64,000 nucleotides of DNA from positions 928,001 to 992,000 of the forward strand of contig CAWFQK010000004.1 in the NCBI GenBank assembly GCA_963817955.1, read 5' to 3'. Below the pieces are notes generated by a model. The model did not search any database. It was not told where the DNA came from and was given only the letters and a program-made list of their open reading frames with translations. Shown here one piece after another: positions 10,001 through 20,045 of this stretch (position 1 is the first letter of the stretch; every line of letters begins with the position of its first letter). Position numbers and translations under genes: made by a program. The DNA is from an uncultured Gemmatimonadaceae bacterium (lineage in GTDB: Bacteria; Gemmatimonadota; Gemmatimonadetes; Gemmatimonadales; Gemmatimonadaceae).

Positions 10001-11022
10001 TTGCCGGTGAGCGGCCCGCCACCCGGAATGAAGTACACCGCCGGGTCAAACAGCCGGGTCAGATTCGAATACTCGTTGAGGGGGACAAGCGCCGTACATG
10101 CCAGTCCCACGGCCAACGCGGCGACGCGCTGTGACAACGTGCGCGTACCACGCCACACGCCGATGATGAAAAAAGCCAAAGCCAAAAGGAAGGCGAGTCC
10201 CGCGCGCGCACGCACGCGCTCGGCGATCCGCTGCGTCACCTCTCCTTGCGTGATGGGGAGCGCACGGACGTCGAACACCCGCTGACCCCCGAGAGCGTAC
10301 CGAAGTACCTCAGTACCACCAGCGGAGGGATCACCGGGCGGCCCGAACGTGAAGCCCCCGAGGCCGGCCTCCGCTGCGATCCGGCGCGCGAGCGGCGCCG
10401 AGAGCTTGTCGGCGGGAGGCGCCGCATCGAGAAGGGCTATAGCGACGGCACGGGTCACACCGCGTTGCTTCATGACCTGCAGCGCGAGATAGAACGGCGT
10501 CGCGACGACCGTCGTGCCTTCGTAGGTCAGATCGATCGGCGGATGAATGCCACCGGCCCAGGCGAGGGCGCTGTCGCCCCGATACACCACCACGCCGCGC
10601 TCGTCGCCGCTTGCCACGAGGTTCGAGAGGGCATCGAACGCCTGAGCCCGATCGGCGGGCGACGAGAGCGCATCCCGCGCCGTCGCCGCAGTGGCGACGA
10701 CGGCATCATCGATTCCGCGGCGCAGCGATGCCAGCCCATCCATCACTGCGCCCCGCCGCCAAGTCTCCCACTCGTGCTCGAGCAGCCACAGGTTGCGCTG
10801 GGCCGGCAGCGCGAGCCCCGCGGCGACCACGAGCGCAAGCGCACAGGCAGCCGCCCACCAGCGTTGCGCGCCCTGCACCACCGCAGCCGTTACTGCGGTC
10901 GCCACGGTAGCGACGGCGAATGGCACCAGATACTCTACGCTCGGGGCTTGTAGCCACTGGCTTGCCGAGAGTAGTGCCGCACTGGCGGCGACCGCCCACC
11001 ATATCCACGCTGACGGGCGCAC
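7024..11022 (-). CDS. Large multi-pass membrane sensor histidine kinase (HAMP-PAS-HisKA-HATPase, NtrY-like C-terminus)
   Basis: H-box AHEIKNPLTPI, N-box NVLENARHA, G1 DDGHGI, G2 GSGLGL. More than 900 aa of N-terminal sequence with many hydrophobic segments. Confidence 0.9.
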   Translation of the reverse strand: MRPSAWIWWAVAASAALLSASQWLQAPSVEYLVPFAVATVATAVTAAVVQGAQRWWAAACALALVVAAGLALPAQRNLWLLEHEWETWRRGAVMDGLASLRRGIDDAVVATAATARDALSSPADRAQAFDALSNLVASGDERGVVVYRGDSALAWAGGIHPPIDLTYEGTTVVATPFYLALQVMKQRGVTRAVAIALLDAAPPADKLSAPLARRIAAEAGLGGFTFGPPGDPSAGGTEVLRYALGGQRVFDVRALPITQGEVTQRIAERVRARAGLAFLLALAFFIIGVWRGTRTLSQRVAALAVGLACTALVPLNEYSNLTRLFDPAVYFIPGGGPLTGNAGALGTTGAMALLAVLAVFRRRAPRASRWWSFTTVLLVAGLGPFLLRELARGVKIPPYGVDAPLWLIWEIPLFLAAVSVLLAGAAAGATLLGPRRGLAPWLAPLGAAIAAVLAPIVWHAPGQWPWWYTILWIVAIVMLALSRRTRYVVLSASIVAALGATTLVWGRTARGRVAAAEADLAGLSQIDPVAVALLRRFGLSLGVDYAPTTRQLLLQHFVTSDIAAAGNPVALSAWPTDSGPTAQFATAAIPIPMAEVGRLVAAARQTGALLLEPVPTDTAVEIVMAAPSASGGVTAVVLAPKSRLFEVDPLARLVGLDVETDVEPPYTVRLRKRTTSDSANGRASWRREGSELHGDWIVATGSGLAAAHVEVELRPVYALIERGALFVFLDLALVGVLWLASVIADGGAARWIRARRRRWGRSYRARLSLALFAFFVIPAIAFAIWSYGQLATDASQSRALLVSETLRALAKPPAAPYWLPAESERLDTPLFLYYAGELRDASDPLYTDLAPTGRYLPPQVELTLAVRAEETDTRLERVDGASALFGYRSFADEDRPSTVIAAPARADELPLGRRRRDLGVLVVFATVIGALAALWLSGIAARQLAKPIGSLRVAALSIASGARMPPLEHEPTAEFSPVFTAFRRMAADLNASRTALEEAQRRTATVLRNVASGVVAVDPDGNVSLSNPRAEALLGKVLTAGTPFHACAPQPVAATVERFLASHADEETFEVALDQQQLRGTLTRLARGGAVVTVDDVTELARAQRVLAWGEMARQVAHEIKNPLTPIRLGVQHLRRARADTRVDFDRVLEHNVNQILAEIDRLDEIARAFSRYGAAPDERQRATATDVAAVVREVVSLERMGGVEEKGLEWQESGVDAPVLALARPDELKEVLLNVLENARHADATSVRVSVSFGRPSDHGGVTISVQDDGHGIAADVLPHVFEPHFSTRTSGSGLGLAISRQLVEGWGGGISLESAGGTGTTVEIRLKAAV

Positions 11023-11062
11023 TTCGGCTCGTCGCGTCTGTCGAACCGATCGCTCAGGTAAA

Positions 11063-11803
11063 ATGAGTCAGTCTCCCGCCGGTATACCGGCGCCGCGCCG
11101 CCTGAAGGAGCTGCGGCCTGCCGAAGTCGCGGCGCGCATGGAGCGCGACCCGCGGCTGATCATCCCTGTTGGTACCTGCGAGCAGCACGGACCGCACATG
11201 CCCCTGGGCTCCGATACTATCATTGTCGAACGCCTGTCGCGCGATCTGTCCGCGGAATTTGGAATCCTGCTCGCCCCCACGGTCGAGTACGGCGTGAACG
11301 TTGAGACGGAGCGAGGCTTTGCGGGAAATGCCTCCCTCCGCAAGAAGACCTTGCACCGGTTGCTCAACGACCTGCTCGACACGTGGGAATCCACGGGTGT
11401 CCGCGAGTTCATCCTGCTGACGGCTCACGAGCACGATCCGCATCTCGAAGCGCTGTGTACGGTCATCACGTCCGGAGCGAGGGTACGGGTGGTGGACATC
11501 TTCGGCGTGCACTTCAGCGATCTGCTCGAGGCTCAGTCCGAGCCTATGCATGGCGACGAGGTGGACACATCTCTGATGCTGTACATCGCGCCTGAGCTTG
11601 TGCAAATGGAGCTCGCTCAGGATTATATGATGTCACGCGACGAGCTGCGACGTTACAGGCGTGGTTGGCTGCGCGTCCCCAGATCGAGCTCGGGGTCCAT
11701 CGGACGACCAACGCTGGCCACGGCCGAAAAAGGCCGCGCGATCTACCAGCGGATCTACTCCAGCATTCGCGACCACGTATTCGTGGCCCCGTCGGCCGAA
11801 TAG
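11063..11803 (+). CDS. Creatininase family amidohydrolase
   Basis: IPVGTCEQHGPHMPLGSDT and HGDEVDTSLML motifs. ATG at 11063. Confidence 0.88.
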   Translation: MSQSPAGIPAPRRLKELRPAEVAARMERDPRLIIPVGTCEQHGPHMPLGSDTIIVERLSRDLSAEFGILLAPTVEYGVNVETERGFAGNASLRKKTLHRLLNDLLDTWESTGVREFILLTAHEHDPHLEALCTVITSGARVRVVDIFGVHFSDLLEAQSEPMHGDEVDTSLMLYIAPELVQMELAQDYMMSRDELRRYRRGWLRVPRSSSGSIGRPTLATAEKGRAIYQRIYSSIRDHVFVAPSAE

Positions 11804-11838
11804 TGAACGCGGCGGTCGCGACCGGGTAATTTACTGTC

Positions 11839-12510
11839 ATGCGCTTTCGTTCCGTGCTTGCTCTCCTCGCCCTGAGCGCCCCCGCGGCGTTTGGACAGGG
11901 TCGATTGATCGACGAAGGGACCTTCGTCATCACGAGACCGGGCGCGTCCGCACAAACTGAAAGCTTCAAGCTCGTCCGAGCGGAGGGCTCGCAGCTCACG
12001 GCCACGGCCCAGCTCGCATCCGGCACCGAACAAATCACTTCGTCGCTCACCGCCGACTCCCTCGGCACACCAATTCGCTACGAATTTCACGTGAGGGACA
12101 AGGGCACGCGCATTCTCGACATTCGCGCCGTCGCTCTCGGCGGACGCCTCTCGGCCCTTTCGTCAAACCAGCGCGGCGACGAGTCTATGCGCGAATATGC
12201 CATCGTGCCGGGCCAGAGTCTCATCGTGGAAGACGATCTGCTGCACCAGCTCTATTTTGTAGCGCTCTCCAAGCGATCCACCACCGTCCAGGTCATTGAG
12301 CCGCGCCTTTCGCGCTCGACGAACATGGTTCTGGCGGCCCATGGCTTCGAGCCCGTTGAGATTGCCGGCAAATCGGTGACCGCCACCCACTACACGTTGG
12401 GCACCGGTCCGTCCAGCCGCGATTTCTGGGTAGACGCCGGCGGTAGGGTGCTCAAGGCCGAGATTCCGAGCCAGAGGATCGTGGCGATTCGCGAAGAAAT
12501 GCCGCGGTGA
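11839..12510 (+). CDS. Secreted hypothetical beta-rich protein
   Basis: Signal peptide MRFRSVLALLALSAPAAFG followed by an alternating beta-strand pattern. Confidence 0.75.
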   Translation: MRFRSVLALLALSAPAAFGQGRLIDEGTFVITRPGASAQTESFKLVRAEGSQLTATAQLASGTEQITSSLTADSLGTPIRYEFHVRDKGTRILDIRAVALGGRLSALSSNQRGDESMREYAIVPGQSLIVEDDLLHQLYFVALSKRSTTVQVIEPRLSRSTNMVLAAHGFEPVEIAGKSVTATHYTLGTGPSSRDFWVDAGGRVLKAEIPSQRIVAIREEMPR

Positions 12511-12583
12511 TGCGGTGCCCGCTGAAACTCCCTGGATCTCCCCTCCGTACATCCAGCAGACCCCCTCCAAAGGACTTTCCTTC

Positions 12584-14053
12584 ATGCGTTCGTTGAGGTT
12601 CGTCGCGCTCCTCGCGATCCCTGTGCAGTTTGCCGTCGGCCAGCAGGGACCTGCTCCCACTCGCGGAGCCACCCTCACCCTGGAAGACGCGATTACCACG
12701 GCACACCAGAACAATCCGTTGTTCCTGCAGGTGCAAAACAACCTCCGTAACTCCGAAGCCCAGGTTCGCTCGGCGTATGGCGCTCTCTTGCCGAGCGCCA
12801 GTGCAAGTCTCTCTACCAGCTACAACCAGGGCGGTACCCAGTACGTCCAAGGCATTGCGCTGCCGAGCAGTTCTGACGCCTACCAGTCGTCCTACCGCGC
12901 GAGCGTGAGCTATAGCGTCAACGCCGGCCTGGCGTTCGCACCGCGCGCCGCAAAAGCAGGCCGCAGCGCCGCCGAAGCTGACATCACGAATCAGGCCGAG
13001 GTACTGCGCGCGCAAGTGACCACGCAGTACATCACGGTCTTACAGGCCGACGCGCAGGCAGCGCTCCAGGACACGCTGGTGCAGACGGCGCAGGGCCAAC
13101 TGGATCTCGCCAACGCAAAGATGAAGGTGGGCGCCGGGACGATCCTCGACGTCCGCAGCGCAGAGGTTGCGCTCGGCCAGGCGCAGGTGAACGCGTTGAC
13201 GGCACACAACACGGCGCGCGTCGAACGCCTTCGCTTGTACCAGGCGATGGGCGTGCCGGCGGACATCGACGCCAAGCTGACGACGCCGTTCGCGGTGTCG
13301 CAGCCGAATTTCTCGCTCGATTCGCTCCTCGACCTCGCGCGCCATGTCAATCCAGACCTGAGCGCACGCAAGTCGCGCGAGAACGCGGCGCAGATGGGCG
13401 TGCGCCTGGCGCAGACGGCTTACCTGCCGTCGCTGACGTTGAGCACGGGTTACGGTGCCAATGCGTTCGGCTATACGGATTCCGAGATTCTGGCGCAGCA
13501 AGCGAGCGCTGGGGCCGCCGCCAGCGCCCGGAACTGCCTGTCGCAAGACTCCCTTCGGGTTGGCGCGGGCCTCAGTCACCTCAACTGCGGTTCGGGCATC
13601 TTGACTGCCAGTGAGCTCGATGCCGCGCGCTCGCAGAACCGGCCGTTCAGCTTCCAGAAGGCGCCCTTCGGTCTCTCGGCGTTCATCTCAGTTCCGATCT
13701 TCAACAACTTCCAGCGCGAACAAACTCTCGAAACACAGCGCGTCGCGCTCGACAACGCGCTCGCCGATGTGCGCTCGCGCAACCTCCAGTTGACGACCGA
13801 CGTCACGCAGGCCTATCTCAATCTCGTCACGGCCGCGAAGACGCAGCAGTTGCAGGAACAGAACGCCGGGAAGGCGACAGAAGAGCTGATCGCCGCGCAA
13901 GAGCGGTACAAGGTAGGCGCAGCGACCTTCCTGGATGTCACCGTGGCACGCGGAACCTACGAGCAAGCGCAGATGGCCCGCGTCAACTCCATTTACGACT
14001 ATCACAAGGCGTACGCCGCGTTGGAAAACGCGGTCGGCCGCCCTCTCCGCTGA
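12584..14053 (+). CDS. TolC family outer membrane efflux protein
   Basis: Signal peptide, LTLEDAI..A.QNNP, two repeats (LLPSAS / YLPSLTL), ERYKVGAATFLDV. Confidence 0.9.
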   Translation: MRSLRFVALLAIPVQFAVGQQGPAPTRGATLTLEDAITTAHQNNPLFLQVQNNLRNSEAQVRSAYGALLPSASASLSTSYNQGGTQYVQGIALPSSSDAYQSSYRASVSYSVNAGLAFAPRAAKAGRSAAEADITNQAEVLRAQVTTQYITVLQADAQAALQDTLVQTAQGQLDLANAKMKVGAGTILDVRSAEVALGQAQVNALTAHNTARVERLRLYQAMGVPADIDAKLTTPFAVSQPNFSLDSLLDLARHVNPDLSARKSRENAAQMGVRLAQTAYLPSLTLSTGYGANAFGYTDSEILAQQASAGAAASARNCLSQDSLRVGAGLSHLNCGSGILTASELDAARSQNRPFSFQKAPFGLSAFISVPIFNNFQREQTLETQRVALDNALADVRSRNLQLTTDVTQAYLNLVTAAKTQQLQEQNAGKATEELIAAQERYKVGAATFLDVTVARGTYEQAQMARVNSIYDYHKAYAALENAVGRPLR

Positions 14054-14068
14054 GGCCGAGACACTATT

Positions 14069-15354
14069 ATGGGCAAGAAGACAACCTTGGGCATCGGCAT
14101 TGTCGCGGCCGCGGGGATCATATCGGTTGTAGCAATGAGCGCGTTCAAGCGCAGCAACAAGGCCGTGGAAGTGCGTATGGAGTCGGTGCAGAATCGCGAC
14201 CTCGTCGCCTCGGTTACAGCGAGCGGCCAAGTGCGTCCGCAAACGAAAGTGGATGTCGCGTCTGACGTGAGCGGCAAGATCATCAAGCTGGCCGTGAAAG
14301 AAGGCCAGATGGTGTCTGCCGGGCAGTTCTTGCTGCAGATCGACCCCGTGCAACCAGAGGCGGCCGTGGAGCGCGCCGTCGCCCAGGTGGCGTCCTCCCG
14401 GGCTCAGCTCACCCAGGCCGCCGCGAACCTCGACCAGGCAACCAAAACCTTTGATCGATCGGCGGCCATCAAGCAGCAAAACGCGCAACTCATTTCCGAC
14501 GAGCAGATCGACCAGCTTCGGACGGCGGTGGACGTGAATAAGGCGGTGGTCGAAGCGGCAAAACACGCCGTGGATCAGTCGACCGCATCACTCAATGACG
14601 CCAAGAGCGCGTTGTCAAAGACCACCATCTATGCCCCGATGGCCGGCCGTGTCACGCGCCTCGATGTGGAGCAAGGCGAGACGGCGATGCAGGGGACGTT
14701 CAACAAGGATGCGGCGACGCTGCTGACGATCAGCGACATGTGCGTGCTCGAGACGCAAGGTGAAGGTGGACGAAACCGACGTCGCTCGCATCGAGCTCGG
14801 CGACTCGGCGCAAGTCCAGATCGACGCGTTTCCGGATACCACGTTCATCGGCAAGGTCACCAAGATCTCCAACAGCTCGCTGAAGGCCGCGAGCGCAACG
14901 AGCACGGACCAGGCGGTGGACTACGAAGTGACGATCCAACTCCTGAACGCACCGGTGGATACGCGCCCTGACTTCTCGGCGACAGCCAAGGTCATCACCG
15001 ACAAACGCGCCGGCGTCCTGTCGGTTCCAATCATCGCGCTCACCGTACGTGAGGACTCGAGCCTCTCAAAGGGTGACACGGCCGTCGGCCTCGGAAAGGC
15101 CAAACCGGCCAAAGACGTGGGCAAAAAGGACGTCGAAGGCGTGTTTGTCGTAGGAACCGACAACAAAGTGACCTTCCGGCCCGTAAAAGTAGGGATAGCA
15201 GGCGAGAAGCACTTCGAGATCGTCAGCGGCCTCAAGGCAGGCGAAAAGATCGTCGGCGGGAACCTACCAGGCTATTCGCGAGCTGAAGGACGGCGCACTC
15301 GTGCGCGAGACCAAGCCGGACGCGAAGAAGCCCACCTCCGGGACCAAGTCGTGA
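14069..15354 (+). CDS. Efflux periplasmic adaptor (MacA/HlyD-like), with two +1 frameshifts in this sequence
   Basis: VTASGQVRP..VSGKI..VKEGQMV, IYAPMAGRV, KVDETDV. The frame is restored by removing one base near 14756 and one near 15259. Confidence 0.85.
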
Positions 15355-16164
15355 ACTCACTAAGCGATAGAAGCACCTCTTACGGAAACCGCTGAACGTC
15401 GCGCGGTCGTCAGCACCGAAGGCAAATCGCCCGAGTCAAAGTGGGTCATCGTCACACGCGGCATCAAGCGTGAATACGACATGGGCGGTGAAGTCGTCCG
15501 CGCCTTGCGGGGCGTGGACCTCGCCATTCGCGCGTAACGAGTACGTGGCCATCATGGGGCCGTCGGGTTCGGGCAAGTCCACCCTCATGAACATCATCGG
15601 CTGCCTCGACACGCCGAACGCCGGCGAGTACTGGCTCAACGGCATGCTCGTGTCCGATATGAAGGACGACGCGCTGGCCCGCGTGCGCAACAAGGAGATC
15701 GGGTTCGTCTTCCAGACGTTCAACCTGCTCCCCCGCGCCACCGCGTTGCACAATGTCGAGCTGCCACTGGTGTACGCCGGCATTGGTTCCGACGAGCGGA
15801 AGCGCCGCGCCAAGGAAGCGCTCGCCAAGGTGCAGCTCGAGGACCGCATGGATCACCGTCCGAACGAACTCTCGGGCGGCCAGCGCCAACGCGTTGCCAT
15901 TGCCCGCGCGCTCGTCAACAATCCGTCCATTCTTCTCGCCGACGAGCCGACGGGGAATCTCGACTCGACAGACGTCGGAAGAGATCATGAAGTGTCTTCG
16001 AGAATCTGGCGAGCACGGGACAGACCGTCATCATGGTTACCCACGAGCCGGATATCGCCGCCCATGCGCGCCGCGTCGTCGTCCTGCGCGACGGTCTGAT
16101 GTCGACCGACGAATCGCGCGCGGCGTTCATCGAGCGCGTTGGCGCGCCGCACCCCAAGATCTAG
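15351..16164 (+). CDS. ABC transporter ATP-binding subunit (LolD/MacB type), with four +1 frameshifts in this sequence
   Basis: [37 protein letters not shown]. Extra bases near 15369, 15532, 15968 and 15993. Confidence 0.88.
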
Positions 16165-16197
16165 GCTGGGTGTAACTTCAGGGGGCTCCCTTCCGTA

Positions 16198-16260
16198 AGG
16201 GTCGAGGGACGAGGGGTGCAGCGCGAGACGACTCGCGCTCACCACCCGACCCTCGACCCT
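16198..16260. repeat. Intergenic imperfect palindrome (REP-like hairpin) with 7-nt periodic arms
   Basis: agggtcgaggg/ccctcgaccct, ggtg/cacc and agcgcgag/ctcgcgct nested pairings. Confidence 0.7.
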
Positions 16261-16271
16261 CTTCCTTGCCC

Positions 16272-17517
16272 ATGTCTTTCTTTCAAGCCGTCCTCATCGC
16301 CTGGAACACCATTCGCGTTCAGAAGCTGAAGAGCTTCTTTACCGTGATCGGCGTGACGATCGGCGTGACGTTCCTCATCGCCGTGGTCTCCATCGTGGGC
16401 GGCATGGGCCGCTACATGCAGGACGACCTGGTCGGCAAGATCATCGCGGTGAACGCCTTCAACCTCCGTGCGAGCCCGAATATCCAAATGGGCGACATCA
16501 CAGAGGAGGAGATGCGCGACTGGCGCCGGCGGCCGCGCATCCTGCAGTCCGACGTATTGCCCGTAGCCGCCGCACTGCCGTCCGACGTTCTCTGGGCGGT
16601 CGAGAGCGGGGCGAATCTCACGATCGAATCCGCGTACGCATCGCCGCGGCCCAGTAGCTGCTCCACCGTGTCGAGCGATTGGTTCAAGATCAAGCGCATG
16701 GGCGTGAGCAATGGTCGTCTGATCGGACCGCAGGAGTACCTGCTCGGCAGCCCGGTGGTCGTGATCGGCCAGGATGTCGCCGACCACTTCTTCCCCGCCC
16801 TCGATCCCGTGGGCCGCCAGATGCGCATCCAGGGCATCCCGTACACCGTCATCGGGGTCGCGGAAAAGCAAGGCAACGTATTGGGCATCTCGCTGGACAA
16901 GTTCGTCATTGCGCCGGAGAAGGCGCCGCTCAATCGCTGGGTCAATCCGCACGGCGTAGTCAGACCAGGTAGTCATTCAAGGCGCGAATGAAGTCGCGAT
17001 GCGTGATGCCATGGAAGCGACGCGCACCATCATGCGCGCTCGCCACCATCTCCGTCCCGCACAGCCAGACAACTTCGCGCTGGAGACCTCGGATTCCGCG
17101 CTCGAGTTCTGGAACAAGCTGAAGAGCTATCTCGTGATCGCCGGCGTCGCGCTGCCAGCGATCGGGCTCGTCGTCGGGGCAATCGTCATCATGAATATCA
17201 TGCTCGTGGCGGTCGCCGAGCGCACGCGGGAGATCGGCATCCGAAAAGCCTTGGGTGCACGCCGCCGCGACATCTTGAATCAGTTCCTGGTCGAGTCCGC
17301 GACGCTGGCGACGTTTGGCGCCGCGCTCGGCGTGGCGCTCGGCATCGGATTCGCAAAGGCGATCGCCGCGGTCTCGCCGCTTCCCGCGGCAGTCGAGGTC
17401 TGGTCGATCTTCGTGGGTGTGGGCGTGGGAGCCGGCGTGGGGATCATCGCCGGTATCTATCCGGCAAGCCAGGCGGCCATGCTCGATCCCATCGCCGCCA
17501 TGAGGCAGGAGACCTGA
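16272..17517 (+). CDS. MacB/FtsX-family ABC permease (type A1), with one +1 frameshift near 16962
   Basis: KSFFTVIGVTIGV, MNIMLVAVAERTREIGIRKALGA. ORFs 16266-16991 and 16999-17517 join if one base is removed. Confidence 0.87.
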
Positions 17518-18773
17518 TGACGGGGCTCGGAATGCGGGTGTACTCCCTGCTCGAGGGCGTTGGCATTGCCCTCCAAGCGATCAAGGAGAACCGGGTTCGC
17601 ACGGCGTTAACCATCCTCGGCGTCGCCGTCGGCGTGTTTGTCGTGGTCGTCATCTCCGCGGCAATCCACGGCATCAACGAGAGCGTGGCCAAAGACTTCG
17701 AGGCCGCTGGTCCGACGACGTTCTTCGTCAGCCGGTTTCCCATCACGTTCGAAGCGTGCGACGGAACCGACGACACCTGCAAATGGCGCCATAATCCCCG
17801 GCTGACCTACGCCGACAACAAGGTGCTGAACGCCCTGCCGTCGGTGCGCGCGGCCGGCGCGGAGCTCATGATGAGCAAAGAAGTCCGGTACAAGGACCGC
17901 GTTCTCAGTAGCACACAGGTGATCGGGTATACGTCGAACTGGACGATCATCGACGGCGCGGGCGACCTGTATCCGGGGCGCAGCTTCACCGAAGCCGAAG
18001 AAACGAACGGCCAGCACGTCATCATCATCAACGACGAGATGGTGAAGAAGCTGTTCGGCGACTCCGATCCGATGGACAAGCAAGTCACGGTGGGCGGTAT
18101 CCCGTTCACCGTCATCGGCATCTATCACTATCAGGCCAGCTTCCTGTCCGGCGGCAACCGGCCGCGTGCCATCGTCCCGTTCGAGTCGGCAGTCCGGTCG
18201 CTCAAGGCGTCGTACTCGAGCGTTGGCATCTCCGTGGTGCCACGTCAGAACGTCACGCGCGACCAGGCGGAAGACGATGTGGTGGCCGCGATGCGGGCGC
18301 GCCACGGGTTGCGTCCGGGTGCCGAAAACGACTTCGCGCTCATTTCACAGGACCAGTTGTTCGAGACCTACAACAAGATTTTCGGGATGTTCTTTCTGGT
18401 GATGATCGTGCTCTCGGCGATTGGCCTGTTGGTGGGCGGCGTCGGCGTGGTGGCGATCATGATGATCTCGGTCACCGAACGGACGCGCGAGATTGGCGTG
18501 CGCAAGGCCCTCGGCGCCACGCGCGGCACCATTCTGTGGCAGTTCCTCGTGGAGGCTGTGACGCTCACGGCCATCGGGGCCATGTTCGGCCTGGCTGCCG
18601 GCGGCGTGGTATCCATGATCATCAAGAACATGACGCCGATCAAGGCGTCGATTCCGCCGCTGGCGATCGTCGCGGCGCTCGGCGCGAGTGCCATCACCGG
18701 CGTGTTGTTCGGGATGCTCCCCGCCATGCGGGCCGCGAAGCTCGATCCCGTCGACGCGCTCCGCTACGAATAG
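17517..18773 (+). CDS. MacB/FtsX-family ABC permease (type B1)
   Basis: RTALTILGVAVGV, MISVTERTREIGVRKALGA, LDPVDALRYE. Confidence 0.92.
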   Translation: MTGLGMRVYSLLEGVGIALQAIKENRVRTALTILGVAVGVFVVVVISAAIHGINESVAKDFEAAGPTTFFVSRFPITFEACDGTDDTCKWRHNPRLTYADNKVLNALPSVRAAGAELMMSKEVRYKDRVLSSTQVIGYTSNWTIIDGAGDLYPGRSFTEAEETNGQHVIIINDEMVKKLFGDSDPMDKQVTVGGIPFTVIGIYHYQASFLSGGNRPRAIVPFESAVRSLKASYSSVGISVVPRQNVTRDQAEDDVVAAMRARHGLRPGAENDFALISQDQLFETYNKIFGMFFLVMIVLSAIGLLVGGVGVVAIMMISVTERTREIGVRKALGATRGTILWQFLVEAVTLTAIGAMFGLAAGGVVSMIIKNMTPIKASIPPLAIVAALGASAITGVLFGMLPAMRAAKLDPVDALRYE

Positions 18774-18803
18774 TCTCAATAGTCTCCTACTCCTGCCTCA
18801 CGG

Positions 18804-20045
18804 ATGCCGCTGTTCGAAGCCGTTCGCCTTGCGCTGATCCAGATCCGCGTCCAGAAGATGAAGAGTTTCTTCACACTCCTGGGCGTGATGATCGGCGTCA
18901 TGTTCCTCATCGCCGTCGTATCGATCGTCGAGGGCATGGGGCGCTACATGGAAGATGATTTCGCCGGGCGTCTGCTCGGCGCGAACACGTTCACGCTGCG
19001 CCGGTTCCCCTGGTTTGGGAATAACACCACGCGGGAGCAATGGCTGGAGTGGCAACGGCGTCCACGCATCTACATCGGCGACGTCGCATTCCTCAGATCA
19101 GCCCTGCCGTCTGGTGCGCGCTGGGCCGTCGAGAGTCAGGAGAACATTCCAGCCTCGTCGCCATATTTGCGCATTCGCACGATCGAGGCGCACGCCGTGG
19201 ACGGCGACTACTTCACGATCAAGAAGTATGATCTCGCGTCGGGGCGCGCGATCGCCGCGCAGGAATTCGAGCTCGGCTCGCCCGTCGTGGTGATTGGCGA
19301 CGAAGTGGCCGCCTATTTTTTCCCGAATCTGAACCCCGTCGGGCGCGAACTGAGCATCGGCGGCTTGCCGTATCAGGTGATCGGAGTGCTCGCACATCAG
19401 GGCAGCCTGTTCGGCCAGTCCCTCGACAAGCTCGCGATCGCGCCATTCAACTCGCCGCTGCGCCATATCACGAATCCACGTGGTGACATCGACGGCCTGA
19501 TCGTGCAGGCGTCGAGCTCCATGATGATGGACGACATGATGGAGATGGTGCGAGAAGCGCTTCGGGCGCATCGTCATCTGCGACCCTCCGTGCCCGACAA
19601 TTTCGTGATGGAGACGTCTGCGTCAGCGCTTGCGTTCTTCGAGAAGATCAAGAACATCATGACGATCGTCGGCGCGGCACTTCCCGGCATCAGCCTGATC
19701 GTGGGCGGTATGGTGATCATGAACATCATGCTCGTCTCGGTGGCCGAACGCACGCACGAGATTGGCATTCGGAAGGCCCTGGGCGCGCGCCGAGTCGACA
19801 TTCTGCGACAGTTCCTCATTGAGTCGGCGACGCTGAGCACGGTGGGCGCGATCATCGGTATCGCGCTCGGCATTCTGGCCGCCAAGATCATCGCGGCGAA
19901 GACTCCGCTGCCGGCGGCCGTCGCCCTCTGGTCCATCGTCGTCGCCACGGTGCTCGGCCTGGTCGTTGGAATCGTGTCCGGTGTGTATCCGGCGCGTCGC
20001 GCCTCAATGCTCGATCCCATCGACGCGCTGCGGCAAGAGACATGA
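18804..20045 (+). CDS. MacB/FtsX-family ABC permease (type A2)
   Basis: KSFFTLLGVMIGV, SVAERTHEIGIRKALGA, LDPIDALRQET. Confidence 0.92.
   Translation: MPLFEAVRLALIQIRVQKMKSFFTLLGVMIGVMFLIAVVSIVEGMGRYMEDDFAGRLLGANTFTLRRFPWFGNNTTREQWLEWQRRPRIYIGDVAFLRSALPSGARWAVESQENIPASSPYLRIRTIEAHAVDGDYFTIKKYDLASGRAIAAQEFELGSPVVVIGDEVAAYFFPNLNPVGRELSIGGLPYQVIGVLAHQGSLFGQSLDKLAIAPFNSPLRHITNPRGDIDGLIVQASSSMMMDDMMEMVREALRAHRHLRPSVPDNFVMETSASALAFFEKIKNIMTIVGAALPGISLIVGGMVIMNIMLVSVAERTHEIGIRKALGARRVDILRQFLIESATLSTVGAIIGIALGILAAKIIAAKTPLPAAVALWSIVVATVLGLVVGIVSGVYPARRASMLDPIDALRQET

Noticed and set aside
14750..16965. Programmed frameshifting or phase variation in the efflux operon
   Set aside because: There are no slippery heptamers or long homopolymers at most sites. 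Seven same-sign indels fit consensus error better.
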